Source of the DNA: an uncultured Bifidobacteriaceae bacterium
GTDB taxonomy: Bacteria; Acidobacteriota; Vicinamibacteria; Vicinamibacterales; UBA2999
Length of the DNA stretch: 64,000 nucleotides
Reading direction: 5' to 3'
Assembly: GCA_964543955.1 (NCBI GenBank)
Contig: CAZJBN010000001.1
Span: forward strand, 56,837-120,836
Shown: piece after piece, positions 26,508 to 36,720 of the stretch
Layout: the number at the start of each line of letters is the position of its first letter
Position numbering within the stretch: position 1 is the stretch's first letter
The notes under the pieces: model-generated
What the model was told of the DNA's origin: nothing
Databases searched by the model: none
What the model saw: only the letters and a program-made list of their open reading frames with translations
Translations under genes and position numbers: made by a program

Positions 26508-27941
26508 CTATCGGGCAAGCGCCTGGACAACGTCGAAGTAGAAACGACTGTAACGAATGAGCTCCGATTCGAGGATACGCTCCTGGTCGCTGTGCGCGCC
26601 GAAGCCCCTGGTCTGATCCTCCACGTCGAGGGCCGGGCCGATGCCGTAGCACTGCATGCCCTTTGCACGGAGATACGCCATGTCGGTGGCGCCGGTCAGG
26701 AGCGTCGGAAGCGTGATGGCATCGTAGTGCTTCGTGACCATCGACTCGATGACCTTGAAGGCGTCGGAGTCCAGGCGTGCGGGCGGCGCGCCAGGCCGGA
26801 CGTCGCGTGCGGCCCAGGCCACGTCGACCGCCGGGTCGTTGATCACCTTCCTGACCGTGGCCAGGAACTCTTCGGGATCCTGATCGGGGAGCGTTCGCAC
26901 GTCAAGGGTGGCCTTGACCTCCGACGGGATGACGTTGACGCGGTACCCCGCCTGCACCATCGTCGGCGAGATCGAGCTCCTGAGCATCGAGGCATGAATC
27001 GGCTCAGCCCGGCGGAAGTAGGCGTCGGCAGGGCCCGAGACTGCCGTGTCGGGGCTGAGCACCGCGCGATAGCGTGCGGCCTGCTCGGGCGTCGAGATCG
27101 TGGCCAGGCGCTTGAAGTAGGCGGCCGTTGTTTCATTGAGTGAGACTGGCGGCACCCACGTGGCGGCGGCCGTCACCGCGGCCGAGAGATGCGTGAGCGC
27201 GTTGGTCTCGAGCGGGATCGAGCCGTGCCCGGCCGGGCCGCGGGCCGTGAGCTCGATGGCGCGCGGAATCTTCTCCGTCGTCTCGACCGAGGCGTAGCGC
27301 ACCTTGCCGCCCATGCGCGACACGCCGCCACCCTCCGCGAGGCAGAACTCCGCGTCGATCGCGTCGAAGTGCTCGTTGATCATGTGGAGGATGCCGACGC
27401 GCGTGGTGCCTTCCTCTCCCGCCTCGGCCAGGAAGATGACATCGCGGTCGAGCGGCACCTGCTCGCGCTTCAGCCGCAGCAGTGTCAGCAGTGCGGTCGC
27501 GACGTCCTGCTTGTTGTCGACTGCGCCGCGCCCGTAGATGTAGCCGCCGTCGCGCGTGGCGCTGAACGGTGGGAAGGTCCATTTGGCGGGGTCGACGTTG
27601 ACCGTGTCGGTGTGCGCCATCAGTAGCAGCGGGCGCTTGCGGCCGCTGCCTGCGAGGCGTGCGACGAGGTTGGGCCGGTGGGGCTCGAGCGCGAAGACCC
27701 GGACCGGGATGCCCTCCCGTTCGAGCGCCTGCTTCAGGTAGTCCACGACGGGCTGCTCGCCGCCAGGCGGGTCGGTCGTGTCCATGCGGAGGACCGCCTG
27801 ATAGTGGCGGATCAGCTCCTCATCCAGGGTTGCGGATGGCACGGTCGATCCCTGTCCCTGAGCCCCCAGGGCTGCCGTCGCGAGCATGACGAATGCCGCA
27901 GTGCCCATGTTCTGCATAGAGTACTTGTGAGGCGACGTCAA
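26508..27941 (-). CDS. M20/M25/M40 family metallopeptidase (exported)
   Basis: 477 aa. Motifs LLLMAHTDTV, GRGAVDNK and EAGEEG. The signal peptide probably begins at an internal Met (MQNMGTAAFVMLATAALGA), so the exact start is uncertain. Confidence 0.9.
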   Translation of the reverse strand: MTSPHKYSMQNMGTAAFVMLATAALGAQGQGSTVPSATLDEELIRHYQAVLRMDTTDPPGGEQPVVDYLKQALEREGIPVRVFALEPHRPNLVARLAGSGRKRPLLLMAHTDTVNVDPAKWTFPPFSATRDGGYIYGRGAVDNKQDVATALLTLLRLKREQVPLDRDVIFLAEAGEEGTTRVGILHMINEHFDAIDAEFCLAEGGGVSRMGGKVRYASVETTEKIPRAIELTARGPAGHGSIPLETNALTHLSAAVTAAATWVPPVSLNETTAAYFKRLATISTPEQAARYRAVLSPDTAVSGPADAYFRRAEPIHASMLRSSISPTMVQAGYRVNVIPSEVKATLDVRTLPDQDPEEFLATVRKVINDPAVDVAWAARDVRPGAPPARLDSDAFKVIESMVTKHYDAITLPTLLTGATDMAYLRAKGMQCYGIGPALDVEDQTRGFGAHSDQERILESELIRYSRFYFDVVQALAR

Positions 27942-27953
27942 TCGCGGCCGGGT

Positions 27954-29366
27954 TCAGCGCTTTCCTGCCAGGCCCACCACGGCGTCGTAGTGGAAGCGCA
28001 CGAAGCGGTGCAGTTCGGCTTCGAGAATGCGCTCCTGGTCGCTGTGGGCGCCGTAGCCCTTCGGGCCGTCCTCGACGTCGATGGCGGGCCCGATGCCGTA
28101 GCACTGCATGCCCTTCTGGCGGAGGTACGCCATGTCGGTTGCTCCCGTGCTCATCGTCGGCAGCGTGATCGCGTCGTAGTGCTTGGACAGCATGGCCTCG
28201 AGCACCGCGAACGCGTCCGAATCGAGGCGGGCGTTTGGCGTCGGCGGCCGATTGGCCGACGCGGGGTTGGCGTAGGCGACCTCGACCCTCGGATCGTTGA
28301 CCACCTTCTTCACGAGCTCCAGGAACGCGGCGGGATCCTCGTCCGGTGTCTGCCGGACGTCGATGTTGGCCGTGGCCTCCGACGGAATGACATTCGATCG
28401 ATAGCCGCCCTGGATGATGGTCGGAGAGAGCGAGGTCCGGAGCATCGACCAGTGCCGCGGCTCGTGCGTCCGCAGGTAATCCTGCGCCGGACCGGCAATC
28501 GCGGCATCGGGGCTGAGCGCGTTGCGATAGCGTTCGGCTTCCTCGGGTGTGGAGACCGTGGCCAGCCGTTTGAAGTAGGTTGCGGTCGTCTCGGTGAGAC
28601 GGGTCGGCGGCGTCCACCTGGCGACGGCGCCGACGGCTTCGCCGAGGCTGGCCACCGCGTTGTCCTCGAGCGGCACCGAGCCGTGGCCCGCCGTCCCTTT
28701 CGCGGTCAGACGGATGGCACGCGGAATCTTTTCGAGCGTCTGGACGGAAGCGAACCTGACCTTGCCGCCGACGCGAGTCACGTTGCCACCTTCGGCGAAG
28801 CAGAATTCGGCGTCGATGGCGGGGAAATGCTGGTTGACCATGAACTGGATGCCGACGCGCGTCGAGCCCTCCTCGCCGGCCTCTGCCAGGAAGATCACGT
28901 CGCGGTCGAGCGCCACGTTCAGCCGCTTGAGCAGCAGCATGGTCATCAGGGCCGATACGACGTTGTCCTTGTCGTCCACGGTGCCGCGCCCGTACACGTA
29001 ACCTCCCTCGCGCGCGGCGCTGAAGGGCGGATGCATCCACTTCGCGGTGTCGACATTGACGGTGTCGGTGTGCGCCATGAGGAGGAGCGGTCGCTTGCTG
29101 CCGTTCCCTGCGAGCCGCGCCACGATGTTCGGGCGATTCGGCTCGAGGCTGAATTCCTCGACGGGAATGCCTTCCTTCTCGAGCACGTTCTTGAGATAGT
29201 CCGAGACGGGCTTCTCGCCGCCAGGCGGGTCTGTCGTATCCATCCGGATGATGGCCTGGAAGTGGCGGAGGGTTTCGTCTTCGAGCGCCGCCCAGTCGGG
29301 CGAGGGCGCCTGAGCCGAGGCAAGAGAGGTGGTGAGCGCGACCAGTGCCAGAGCGGGGGATCGCAT
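27954..29366 (-). CDS. M20/M25/M40 family metallopeptidase (exported), tandem paralogue
   Basis: Start placed at ATG 29366 (MRSPALALVALTTSLASAQA signal peptide). Collinear with the neighbouring M20 protein over its whole length, at roughly 60 percent identity by eye. The track start at 29699 adds a non-coding-like extension. Confidence 0.88.
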   Translation of the reverse strand: MRSPALALVALTTSLASAQAPSPDWAALEDETLRHFQAIIRMDTTDPPGGEKPVSDYLKNVLEKEGIPVEEFSLEPNRPNIVARLAGNGSKRPLLLMAHTDTVNVDTAKWMHPPFSAAREGGYVYGRGTVDDKDNVVSALMTMLLLKRLNVALDRDVIFLAEAGEEGSTRVGIQFMVNQHFPAIDAEFCFAEGGNVTRVGGKVRFASVQTLEKIPRAIRLTAKGTAGHGSVPLEDNAVASLGEAVGAVARWTPPTRLTETTATYFKRLATVSTPEEAERYRNALSPDAAIAGPAQDYLRTHEPRHWSMLRTSLSPTIIQGGYRSNVIPSEATANIDVRQTPDEDPAAFLELVKKVVNDPRVEVAYANPASANRPPTPNARLDSDAFAVLEAMLSKHYDAITLPTMSTGATDMAYLRQKGMQCYGIGPAIDVEDGPKGYGAHSDQERILEAELHRFVRFHYDAVVGLAGKR

Positions 29367-29439
29367 GCCGCGAATGGTAGCACGCAGGTCGATCACGACC
29401 GACCCCGGCATGCGCGGGACTCGGCTTAAGCTACCAACG

Positions 29440-31110
29440 ATGCCCTCCCGGTGCCAGTCCGGCTGCACCCCGTGGCCGGAGGCGGTCTCGGCCACGCTGG
29501 TGGCCGCTCTGTCGGGGTCGCTGATTGCAGCCTGGATCGTCGCGTGGCCCGGCCTGCCGCTCATGCCCGCGCTCGGACTGGCGGCCGGCATCCTCACCGG
29601 CGGAGCCACGCCCTTCCTGCTCCGTCCGGTCGGCGGCGGCCGATCGACGCTGATCGTCTGGCTGGCCGTCGTCCTCGGCATCGGGGGCTGGCTCATCACG
29701 TTTGCCGCACCCGGATGGCTACCGCCGGGCCACCTCTCGGACCTGACGCATCACCTGCAGCTCATCGACGTCCTCGACCGCACGCGGACGCTCGTGCCCG
29801 ATACTGCCGAAGCCGAAGCCGCCCTTGGCGAGATGGCGCGCTACACGCCCGGCTTTCACCTGCTCGTGGTCATCGTCGGCGCGTCGTCCGGGGCCGGCGC
29901 GCTGGCCGTCGTCTATCCGCTCATTGTCGCGATGGTGGCGCTCACGTTCGGCATCGTGATGCTGGTGGCGCGAGCGGTCACTGGAGCTGGCGCGGCGACC
30001 TCGCGTGTGCGGCAGCTTCTGCTACCTGCCTTCGCCGTCGGAGCCCTCCTCTGCGCGCCGACATCATTCACGGTGAGCAGCTTCGTCCACGACGGGTTCC
30101 TGGCGCAGGTCGCCGCGGCGCTGTTCGCGGCGGCGGGATGGTGGGCCATCACCGCATGGTCCCTGCGACCGAGGCCGGGCCTGCTTGCATTGGCGGGCCT
30201 CTACGCCGCCGCGACGTTTCTGACCTGGCCCATCTGGATCGGGCCGCTCATCGTCGCCGGCGTCGCCATCGTCCTGATCGCGCCAGCGGTCACGACGCGC
30301 GATCGCGTCGAGGGACTCGCCTTGATGATGACCCCGACCTTCGTCGTGGGCTCGATGCACGTGGCGGGACATTGGCGTGCCCTTGGAATGGCCGGCACCG
30401 ATGGTTCGGTCCCCGCATTCGAGCCCACCCTGGCCACGTGGGTCATGATGCTCCTGGCCGCGCTCGCGCCGTGGCTCACCCGGGGCTCGACGCGTGTGCG
30501 TCCCGCGAGCTGGTTCCTTGCGGCCATTGCCGTCCAGGCGTCCGTCCTGTACGCGGCAGCGCGCTTGAACGGGGCCGACACGCCGTACATGGCCATCAAG
30601 ATGATCTACCTCGCGGTGTACCCGGCGGCCGTTCTCGCCACCGTGACGCTCGGCCGTGCCCTCGACGCCTGGCCGGGCGCGGCCAGGCTGATCATGGCGA
30701 CCGCCGCGTCGGTGGTGGCGGTGACGGCAGCCCGCAACGTGGCATCGATCCCCGAGCCGCCCATCATGGTGTCCATGGACCTGGTCCGCGGCGGGCAATG
30801 GGCCCGCGAAAGGCTTCCGCTTCCCTGCGTGGACTACATCGTCGGCAATGCCGAAACGGCGTACTGGCTCCACCTGGCCGTGCTGGGACAGCCGCGATCG
30901 TCGCCGCGTACGGCAGACATCGACGACTATCGAGTCAACCAGACGATCGGCAACTGGATTGAGGGCGATGGATTGCCCTATGGCATCGCCGACACGGCGC
31001 TGCTGCCGTCGGTGGTTCGTGAGGCAACCACGGTCCTGCATCGTGTCGGTCACGTGACGATCATCGAGCGCAACGACCGGCGCGGCCTGGCCGCGTGCGA
31101 GGGACAATAA
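29440..31110 (+). CDS. polytopic integral membrane protein with C-terminal soluble domain (GT-C-like topology), function unknown
   Basis: About 556 aa from ATG 29440, with more than 10 hydrophobic helices and then a roughly 100-aa non-hydrophobic tail. The next gene starts 3 nt after its stop. The start codon is uncertain. Confidence 0.65.
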   Translation: MPSRCQSGCTPWPEAVSATLVAALSGSLIAAWIVAWPGLPLMPALGLAAGILTGGATPFLLRPVGGGRSTLIVWLAVVLGIGGWLITFAAPGWLPPGHLSDLTHHLQLIDVLDRTRTLVPDTAEAEAALGEMARYTPGFHLLVVIVGASSGAGALAVVYPLIVAMVALTFGIVMLVARAVTGAGAATSRVRQLLLPAFAVGALLCAPTSFTVSSFVHDGFLAQVAAALFAAAGWWAITAWSLRPRPGLLALAGLYAAATFLTWPIWIGPLIVAGVAIVLIAPAVTTRDRVEGLALMMTPTFVVGSMHVAGHWRALGMAGTDGSVPAFEPTLATWVMMLLAALAPWLTRGSTRVRPASWFLAAIAVQASVLYAAARLNGADTPYMAIKMIYLAVYPAAVLATVTLGRALDAWPGAARLIMATAASVVAVTAARNVASIPEPPIMVSMDLVRGGQWARERLPLPCVDYIVGNAETAYWLHLAVLGQPRSSPRTADIDDYRVNQTIGNWIEGDGLPYGIADTALLPSVVREATTVLHRVGHVTIIERNDRRGLAACEGQ

Positions 31111-31113
31111 CCC

Positions 31114-32715
31114 ATGACGAGACGGCTGTTGGCAGCATTGGCAGTGACTGCAGCGGCGCTTGCCGCACCGCGCGCGCAGACTCCGGCGAGGTTCGCGGTC
31201 GAGGAAACCACGATTGCCGCGGTTCATGCGGCCATGAAGGAGGGGCGCGTCACGTGTCGCGCGCTCGTCGAGCAGTACCTCCGGCGCATCGATGCGTACG
31301 ACAGGAACGGGCCGGCGCTGAACGCCATTGTCGTCATCAACCCGTCAGCACTCGCCGAGGCTGACGAGCTCGATCGCCGATTCGAACAAGGCGGCCTCAC
31401 GGGTCCGCTCCACTGCGTGCCGACCATCGTCAAGGACAACTTCGAGACGATTGGCCTGCAGAGCGCCAACGGTTCGCTCGCGTTCGAGGGGTTCGTGTCT
31501 GCCAGGGATGCGTTCCAGGTCCGGCGCCTCAGGGAGGCTGGCGCCATCGTGCTGGCCAAGTCCAACATGGCCGAGTGGGCCTTCACGCCGTACGAGACCG
31601 TGAGCTCGATTCTCCCCGGCTACACGAAGAACCCATACGCGCTCGACCGCGTCACGGCCGGATCGAGCGGCGGCACCGCGGCCGCCATCGCCGCGAGCTT
31701 CGGCCTCGTCGGGCTCGGCAGCGATACGGGCAACTCCATCCGGGGGCCCTCGTCACACCAGGCGCTCGTCGGCATCCGTTCGACGATGGGGCTGACGAGC
31801 CGGACGGGTGTGATGCCGCTCAACCTGCTGGCCGATATCGCGGGCCCCATGGGGCGGAGCGTCGAGGACGTGGCCAGGGTCTTCCAGGTCATCGTCGGCG
31901 AGGATCCCGACGATCCTGCGACGGCCCCGGCCGGGAGTCGACCGCGTGAAGACTACGTGGCTGCGCTCGACCGGAACGGGCTGCCGGGCGCGAGAATCGG
32001 CGTGCTGCGCCAGGCGTACGAGCGGAGCACGGCGGGCAACGCGCCGGCTGGACGCCCCGCGCCGCGGGACACCACCGATCCGGAGGTCGCGGCGACCTTC
32101 ATGCAGGCCGTCGCCGATCTGGCACGGGCTGGTGCGACGATCGTCGACCCGGTCCGCATCGACGGACTGGAGGCCATCCGGCGGCCCACGGCGACGGGAC
32201 CCTGCATGGGCTTCAAGTACGATATCAATCGCTACCTGATCTCGCTCGGCGACCGCGCGCCGATGAAGAGCCTCTCCGAGATTGTCACGTCCGGACGCTT
32301 TCATCCGAGCGTGCGCCGTCAACTGGAGCAGGCCGAGCAGGGACCGGCCAACGGTCCGGACACGCCGGCGTGCGATGCCGATCGCGCGTACCGGGAGCGC
32401 GTGCGGGATGCCGTGCGGACGCTCATGGACGCTCACGCACTCGACGCGCTCGTGTATCCGACCTGGAGCAACCCTCCGCGCCTCATCGGCGACCTCAACA
32501 CGCCACACGGCGACAACAGCCAGTTCTTCTCGCCGACCACCGGGTTCCCGTCGGTGCAGGTGCCGATGGGTTACACCCGGGGTGGACGCTTGCCCGCAGG
32601 CCTGACCATCTTCGGCCGTGCGTGGTCCGAAGCGACGCTGTTGAAGCTGGCCTATGCGTACGAGCAGGCAACGCGACACCGGCGCCCGCCGGTGAGCACG
32701 CCGCCGCTTCGATAG
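31114..32715 (+). CDS. amidase-signature family amidase, exported
   Basis: 533 aa. Signal peptide MTRRLLAALAVTAAALAAPRAQ. AS motifs KDNFET, GSSGGTAAAIAA and GSDTGNSIRGPSS. Confidence 0.92.
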   Translation: MTRRLLAALAVTAAALAAPRAQTPARFAVEETTIAAVHAAMKEGRVTCRALVEQYLRRIDAYDRNGPALNAIVVINPSALAEADELDRRFEQGGLTGPLHCVPTIVKDNFETIGLQSANGSLAFEGFVSARDAFQVRRLREAGAIVLAKSNMAEWAFTPYETVSSILPGYTKNPYALDRVTAGSSGGTAAAIAASFGLVGLGSDTGNSIRGPSSHQALVGIRSTMGLTSRTGVMPLNLLADIAGPMGRSVEDVARVFQVIVGEDPDDPATAPAGSRPREDYVAALDRNGLPGARIGVLRQAYERSTAGNAPAGRPAPRDTTDPEVAATFMQAVADLARAGATIVDPVRIDGLEAIRRPTATGPCMGFKYDINRYLISLGDRAPMKSLSEIVTSGRFHPSVRRQLEQAEQGPANGPDTPACDADRAYRERVRDAVRTLMDAHALDALVYPTWSNPPRLIGDLNTPHGDNSQFFSPTTGFPSVQVPMGYTRGGRLPAGLTIFGRAWSEATLLKLAYAYEQATRHRRPPVSTPPLR

Positions 32716-32796
32716 GCGGGGTCGCAACCTCCCTCAATGTCACGCGTGCCCGGTGCCGAGCGGCCTGTGACTCCTCGAGTCCGCTCGCTGAGGCGT

Positions 32797-34944
32797 TCAG
32801 GTCTCGTGGCCAGGTGCGCCGCGGCGCGCCAGGGCTGCACGGACGGCCTCCAGCAGTTGTGCGGTCGAGAAAGGCTTGGCCAGCAGGCCGGCGTCCCTCA
32901 GCAGGTCATCGGTGATCTCGTCGGCCGCATAGCCGGACATGAACACGATGGGCAGCGACGGCATCCGCCGCCGGAGTTCGCGTGCAAGTGCAGGCCCCTG
33001 CATCCCCGGCATGACGACGTCGGTGATGAGCAGGTCGATTCGGGAAGGAGTGTTCACGAGATCGAGCGCGGCTGCAGCGTTCGGGGCGGCAAGCACCCGG
33101 TAGCCGTTCCGCGTCAGCAGGGCGGTCGCCAGCGCGCGTACGGCATTCTCGTCCTCGACCACGAGCACTGTGATGCCGCCGGACTCGCCGGCGGACTTCG
33201 CCTGTTCGGATGCGGGGACGCCGTGCGGCTGGTGTCCGGTCGCCTTCGTACGGGGCAACAGCAGTTCCACGGTCGTGCCTTCGCCAGGCGCCGACGCGAC
33301 GGCGATGTATCCGCCGCTCTGCTTCAGGAATCCGTACACGCTCGGAAGGCCCAGCCCGGTTCCCTTGCCCTTGGGCTTGGTGGTGAAGAACGGCTCGAAC
33401 ATCTGCTGCCGCGTGGCCTCGTCCATGCCCGTCCCGGTGTCGCGGACGATCACCTCGACGTAGTCGCCGGCGCGGACCGTGTAGTCCTCGCGGCGCTCCC
33501 CGGCCGGGAGCGAGCGGTTGCGCAAGCCGATGTATAGCGACCCACCGTCGAGCATGGCATCCCGCGCGTTGATCGCGAGGTTGATGAGCGCCTGTTCCAG
33601 TTGAATGGGATCGGCCGCCACCTGCCAGAGGCCAGGTTCCACATCCGGCACCACGGAGACCCGTTCGCCGATCAGGCGGCGCAGCAGCGGCAACAGTTCG
33701 GCGACGAGCGCGCCGAGGTCGAGCGACTCGGCCTGGAGCACCTGTCGCCGGCCGAACGCGAGGAGCTGCCGGGTCAGCTCCGCCGCGCGTTCGGAGGCGC
33801 GCTGCACCTGGAGCGCGTGGTCGTGCACGGCGGTGCCGGGCCTGACCTCGTCGAGGATGAGCGTCGCGTACCCGAGGATGGCCGTGAGCATGTTGTTGAA
33901 GTCGTGCGCGATGCCTCCCGCAAGGCGCCCCAGCGCATCCATCTTCTGGGCGCCGGCGAGCTCTGCCTGCAGGGCGCGCTGCTCTTCCTTGGCGCGCCGC
34001 TCGTGCCGGAGCAGCAGCCACGCCGCGAGCGGGACCGCGACGAGCATCGCCGTCGTCACCAGGAGCTGGCTGAGCGCGGATCGCCGCACGCGCGCGGTGA
34101 TCCGTTGGTACGGGGCCGAGGTTTCGACGCGCCAGGTCTGGTTGGCGGCGCTGAAGGCCGACCAGGCATGGACCGTGCGTCCGTCCGGACCGTCGATGAT
34201 GGCACTGCCTTGCGCCGAGCCCGGCACGCGCAGCGGCACGGCGGGCTTGACGATCTCGGTGCCACCGGGAGTCACCCGGACGGCCGGGCCGCCCGTACCC
34301 ATCACCATCACATGCGTCCCCTGCGGGAGGTCCGCCGCGACGCGTCCGAGATAGAAGTCCGCCACCTTCCGCGTGTCGATGACGAGGGCGAGCGCTCCGT
34401 TGAAGTCACCCGGAGGAACGGGGATCTCCAGGCTGGACGAGTCTCGCCAGACCGGCACGATGAGTGCGCGCCGCTCGGCCGGCGCTCCCGCTTCCCACCA
34501 GGCGGGGCCGAGCAGGACCACGTTCTCGTTCGCGCGATCGGAGAGCAGGCGCCAGGTCGCGACGTCGAGCCGGCGGTCGGCGGCCTCCGTTGTCAGTTCG
34601 CCGTCGACGGACCAGTACATCCCGCGGCCGGTGGCATCGATGCGTACCAGCTGCAGCACCAGCCCCTTCGGGTTGGGCCCGAATGCGGCCTTCACACGCT
34701 GGCCGGTGTACTCCGCCGTTGGGGTCTGGACGCTTGGCAGCGCGCTGAACTGCCGCAGCTGCACGCCGAGCGCCTCGATCTCCGAATCGATGGCGGCCGC
34801 AACAGCGCCGGTCACGACCAGTTGTTGCGACGAATACGCCTCGATCGCGTCGCGTTCTGCGGTGCGGTAGATCTGGAGGCTCAGGGCGGCGATGACTGCC
34901 AGGGCCGCCGTCGTGACGAAATAGATGATGCGGGTGGCGGTCAC
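32797..34944 (-). CDS. hybrid sensor histidine kinase/response regulator
   Basis: 715 aa. TM helix, extracytoplasmic sensor region and a second TM helix. H-box GIAHDFNNMLTAILGY, HATPase (GTGLGLPSVYG) and a C-terminal REC domain (VLVVEDE...DVVMPGM). Confidence 0.9.
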   Translation of the reverse strand: MTATRIIYFVTTAALAVIAALSLQIYRTAERDAIEAYSSQQLVVTGAVAAAIDSEIEALGVQLRQFSALPSVQTPTAEYTGQRVKAAFGPNPKGLVLQLVRIDATGRGMYWSVDGELTTEAADRRLDVATWRLLSDRANENVVLLGPAWWEAGAPAERRALIVPVWRDSSSLEIPVPPGDFNGALALVIDTRKVADFYLGRVAADLPQGTHVMVMGTGGPAVRVTPGGTEIVKPAVPLRVPGSAQGSAIIDGPDGRTVHAWSAFSAANQTWRVETSAPYQRITARVRRSALSQLLVTTAMLVAVPLAAWLLLRHERRAKEEQRALQAELAGAQKMDALGRLAGGIAHDFNNMLTAILGYATLILDEVRPGTAVHDHALQVQRASERAAELTRQLLAFGRRQVLQAESLDLGALVAELLPLLRRLIGERVSVVPDVEPGLWQVAADPIQLEQALINLAINARDAMLDGGSLYIGLRNRSLPAGERREDYTVRAGDYVEVIVRDTGTGMDEATRQQMFEPFFTTKPKGKGTGLGLPSVYGFLKQSGGYIAVASAPGEGTTVELLLPRTKATGHQPHGVPASEQAKSAGESGGITVLVVEDENAVRALATALLTRNGYRVLAAPNAAAALDLVNTPSRIDLLITDVVMPGMQGPALARELRRRMPSLPIVFMSGYAADEITDDLLRDAGLLAKPFSTAQLLEAVRAALARRGAPGHET

Positions 34945-35118
34945 GGCGAGTCCCGGGCGGTGCCCGGTGCCGGATTATAGCGGAGGGCCCGACAATCACC
35001 TCGGCCCACTTGCACACGGACGCCGGCAACCGGGCACAGGCCGGCCTCTGGCTCGGGAGCCCACGCGGCGAGTCGCGGTGCCCCGGCCCCTGCCGGCGCG
35101 CGCTCACTGCCTCACGCG

Positions 35119-35640
35119 TCAGCCCGTCGCGGCGTGCGCGGCCGGGTCAGCGAGCGCGGCCAGGTCGTCCACGTCGGTGAACACGAGCGACCCCGAGTTC
35201 ACGCAGTGGCGCACGCCGCCTGGCGGCGGGCCGTCGGGGAACACGTGACCGAGATGGCCATCGCATCGTGCGCAGAGAATCTCCACGCGCAGCATGCCGT
35301 GGCTCTCGTCGCGCCGCACGGCGACGTTCTCGTCGGCCACCGGCTCGAAGAAGCTCGGCCAGCCGGTGCCGGAGTCGAACTTGGCGGTGGAGGCGAACAA
35401 GGGAAGACCGCAGCCGACGCACGCGTAGACGCCGTGGCGCTTGTTGTCGAGCAGCGTCCCGCAGAACGGCCGCTCCGTTCCCTGCGCGCGTGAGACGTGA
35501 AACTGCTCCGGCGTGAGCTGAGCCCGCCATTCCGCGTCCGTCTTCTCGACCCTTGGCATCTCGATCGGTCCGACCAGCTGGCCGGCGCCGTTGAACACCT
35601 TCACCGAAACCGTGCGTGTCATGTCTCTATGATGCTCCAC
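35119..35640 (-). CDS. msrB: peptide-methionine (R)-S-oxide reductase
   Basis: Two CxxC zinc pairs (CVGCG, CARCDGH), a GWPSF block and the catalytic RHCVNS motif. The start may be the internal ATG at 35622. Confidence 0.9.
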   Translation of the reverse strand: MEHHRDMTRTVSVKVFNGAGQLVGPIEMPRVEKTDAEWRAQLTPEQFHVSRAQGTERPFCGTLLDNKRHGVYACVGCGLPLFASTAKFDSGTGWPSFFEPVADENVAVRRDESHGMLRVEILCARCDGHLGHVFPDGPPPGGVRHCVNSGSLVFTDVDDLAALADPAAHAATG

Positions 35641-35655
35641 TCTCGGCGCACGCGG

Positions 35656-36138
35656 TCAGCGGTCGATGTGCCGGCTGGCGGCCATCACGGCCGTTCCGCC
35701 CAGCAGCCATGGAACATAGGCCACGAGCAGCGCCCGGTAGTAGCCGGGCTCCAGAAACACCCGGCCATCGATGTCCCAGCGACCGGCGAGCGTGAAGAGG
35801 ATTGCCGTCACCGCAACGCCGGCGAGGCCCCACAGAATCGGAGCCGCGATCACGACGATGCCCGTGGCGCGCCAGGCTCGACTCGCCTCCGGTGTCCCCT
35901 CGGGCGATCGGGTGGCGATGAGCGAGAGGATGATCGCCGACATCACCCACCGTCCGCGCTCGACGAGGTGGGCGGTGGCCCACCACGGCGCAGTCGAGCT
36001 CGCTGACGTGACGCTCGCCATGCCGATGCCGGCCTGGAGGAGCGCGTCGATCAGCAGGGCCGCGAGCGTGGCGGCCAGGAACGCACGGGAAACAGGCCGG
36101 GCCCACGACGGGATGCGGTCCATCGGCCAAGCGTACAC
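35656..36138 (-). CDS. hypothetical membrane protein
   Basis: 160 aa with 4-5 hydrophobic segments. Ends 15 nt upstream of msrB. Start uncertain (GTG 36138 or ATG 36123). Confidence 0.5.
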   Translation of the reverse strand: MYAWPMDRIPSWARPVSRAFLAATLAALLIDALLQAGIGMASVTSASSTAPWWATAHLVERGRWVMSAIILSLIATRSPEGTPEASRAWRATGIVVIAAPILWGLAGVAVTAILFTLAGRWDIDGRVFLEPGYYRALLVAYVPWLLGGTAVMAASRHIDR

Positions 36139-36175
36139 GGCGGCGAGGACTCGCGAGAACGCGATCGACTGCCGT

Positions 36176-36550
36176 TCACTCGTCTCGCTCGGGCCCGTCC
36201 AGTGACCTGAACCCCAGGTCCTCTGCGGCCGCGACGGCTTCGAGCAGCACCGCGGGCTCCGGGCGCGACATGATCAACTCGAGCAGGTGGTGCCGGACAT
36301 CGTGGTGCTGCGTGGCGATGGCGTGCAGTGCCTTGACTGCGAGCAGCCGCATCATGAGCTCGCTTCGCTTCTCGGCCTCCGGCTCGTCGGAGGCCCGGGC
36401 GCTCCGCTGTCGCGGCAGCGCCGTGCGAAGCAGGAAGTCCGCGGACTTCGGGTCCGTGGTCTCGCAGGCCACGAACAGCAAAGACCAGCGTAGCGCAGCC
36501 GGATCGCTGGTCGCACCGCGCGGCGACGCGGCTCGGTGATGACGGTTCAT
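36176..36550 (-). CDS. hypothetical protein
   Basis: Start placed at ATG 36550, preceded by GGAGG. About 124 aa, helical-looking and His-rich (HAIATQHHDVRHHLLEL). No recognisable family. Confidence 0.4.
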   Translation of the reverse strand: MNRHHRAASPRGATSDPAALRWSLLFVACETTDPKSADFLLRTALPRQRSARASDEPEAEKRSELMMRLLAVKALHAIATQHHDVRHHLLELIMSRPEPAVLLEAVAAAEDLGFRSLDGPERDE

Positions 36551-36720
36551 GACGCCTCCGCAGGCCTGCGGCATGGCGGCCTGCAGAGGTTGGTGACACG
36601 AGGCCCGCGGTCGTTACACGCCCGGCCGGACGATCTGCCCGGGCCGTGCCCTCCGTGCTGGTCGTCAGGCTGCCGGCAATGCCGGCGTCGTACTGGCAGG
36701 CGCACCATCGCACGAGGCGC

